Below are positions 62,744 to 64,000 of a stretch of 64,000 nucleotides of DNA, in pieces. Position numbers and translations under genes: made by a program. The notes under the pieces are model-generated. The model was given only the letters and a program-made list of their open reading frames with translations. It had not been told where the DNA came from and ran no database searches. Origin of the DNA: Callorhinchus milii (taxonomy: Eukaryota); the NCBI RefSeq assembly GCF_018977255.1, contig NW_024704742.1:92692001-92756000 (forward strand), written 5' to 3'. Position 1 is the first letter of the stretch; each line of letters opens with the position of its first letter.

Positions 62744-63830
62744 TGCTCCCCCTTGGTGACATCATCCGCAGACATGGAGTTAACTTCCACATGTATGCGG
62801 ATGACACCCAACTCTACCTTTCCTCCTCTACTCTCAACTCCACGACCACCGATGTCCTGACAGCCTGCCTGTCCGACATCGAGTCCTGGACGAGAGACAA
62901 CTTTCTTCAGCTCAACGTGCGAAAAACCGAGGCCCTCCTGATTGGCTCACGTCAGCGCCTCCGCACCTCAGGCGCTGACACCATCAGCATCCAAGGCTGC
63001 ACTCTCCACCTCTCAAAGCCAGTCAGGAACCTCGGCGTTTTGTTCGACCCTGAGCTGTCCTTTCTCCCTCACATCCGCACCACAACTGGCACCGCCTTCC
63101 ATCACCTCCGGAACATCGCCAGACTACGGCACTACCTCACCCCTCACGTTGCTGAAACCCTGGTCCACGCCTTTGTCACCTCAAGGCTGGACTATGGGAA
63201 CTCTCTCCTCGCCGGCCTTCCCGCCACCTCCCTCCACAAGCTGCAGGTCATCCAGAACTCTGCAGCTCGTGTACTGTCCCGCACCAGGACCACATCACTC
63301 CCACCCTCGCTCGCCTCCACTGGCTCCCCATCCCCCAGAGGATCGAATTCAAGATCCTCATCCTCACCTACAAGGCCATTCACGGCCTCGCTCCCTCCTA
63401 CCTCTCCAACCTACTATCCCCCTACCTACCTGCCCGTACCCTCCGTTCCTCTGGCTCCGGTCTGCTCCACGTCCCCCGCCCCAATCGCCCTACCATCGGT
63501 GGTCGGGCCTTCAGCCTCTCAGCCCCGAGGCTCTGGAACTCCATCCCCACAGTGCCTTCGCCGCCTCCTCCCTTTCCTCCTTCAAGGCCGGTCTCAAAAC
63601 CTTTCTCTTTGACCGAGCCTTCAGCTCCCCTCTCAACTCTCTTCCCCCTTCTCGCTCCCTCCCATCCCTCCCCTCACCCTGACCATTTCCCCCCTCCTCG
63701 CTCCCTCCCTCCCCTCCCCTCACCCTGACCATTTCCCCCCTGCTCGGTTCATGACCCAACCGTGCAGCGCCTTGGGACGTCCTCCTGACGTGAAAGGCGC
63801 TTTATAAATGGAATCTTGTTGTTGTTGTAG
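62744..63830 (+). mobile_element. L2 LINE 5'-truncated copy with RT C-terminal half
   Basis: ORF 62734-63612: [35 protein letters not shown]; tail (GTT)n. Confidence 0.92.
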
Positions 63831-64000
63831 AATAACAATGATAATCGTTGCATTTTTGATATAGCGCCTTTTCACATCTTCTAGATGTCTCAAAGTGTTT
63901 CACACAATATAATATAAAGTGAATTGAGTATGTTTTGTGGGCGAAACGCGGCAGCCAATTGCGAGCCAGAGTAGCTGGCTCATGTACAGAACAACACAAG

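Noticed and set aside
60630..64000. Further upstream SECISBP2 exons
   Set aside because: No IILKER-like or other SBP2 segment recognised; region is CR1, L2 and SINE sequence

Overview
Vertebrate genomic DNA, most likely from a cartilaginous fish. The tRNA-head SINE, L2 LINE and DeuSINE landscape resembles chimaera/elephant-shark repeats; this is inference. The + strand carries semaphorin-4D (SEMA4D/CD100), missing only its signal-peptide exon: 13 GT-AG exons at 3601-24057 join in phase into Sema, PSI, Ig, Ser/Thr stalk, TM and cytoplasmic tail. Four further in-phase exons (25797-26012, 36039-36242, 38275-38372, 40621-40650) can replace the TM exon. They encode a different Ig domain plus a Trp-rich heptad helix with no TM segment, and they resemble the obscure human SEMA4D isoform 2 / C9orf164 C-terminus, i.e. 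a putative deeply conserved secreted CD100 form. The - strand carries the last five coding exons of SECISBP2 (SBP2, L7Ae domain; 60629 down to 52391), tail-to-tail with SEMA4D as in human 9q22; its stop is UGA followed by 59 open codons. Introns hold many L2 fragments, partner SINEs, two hAT MITEs with 8-bp TSDs, Penelope-like termini with degenerate hammerhead motifs, a 187-bp near-perfect inverted repeat and several local inverted duplications. Comparisons to human proteins and exon sizes are from memory and need alignment to confirm.
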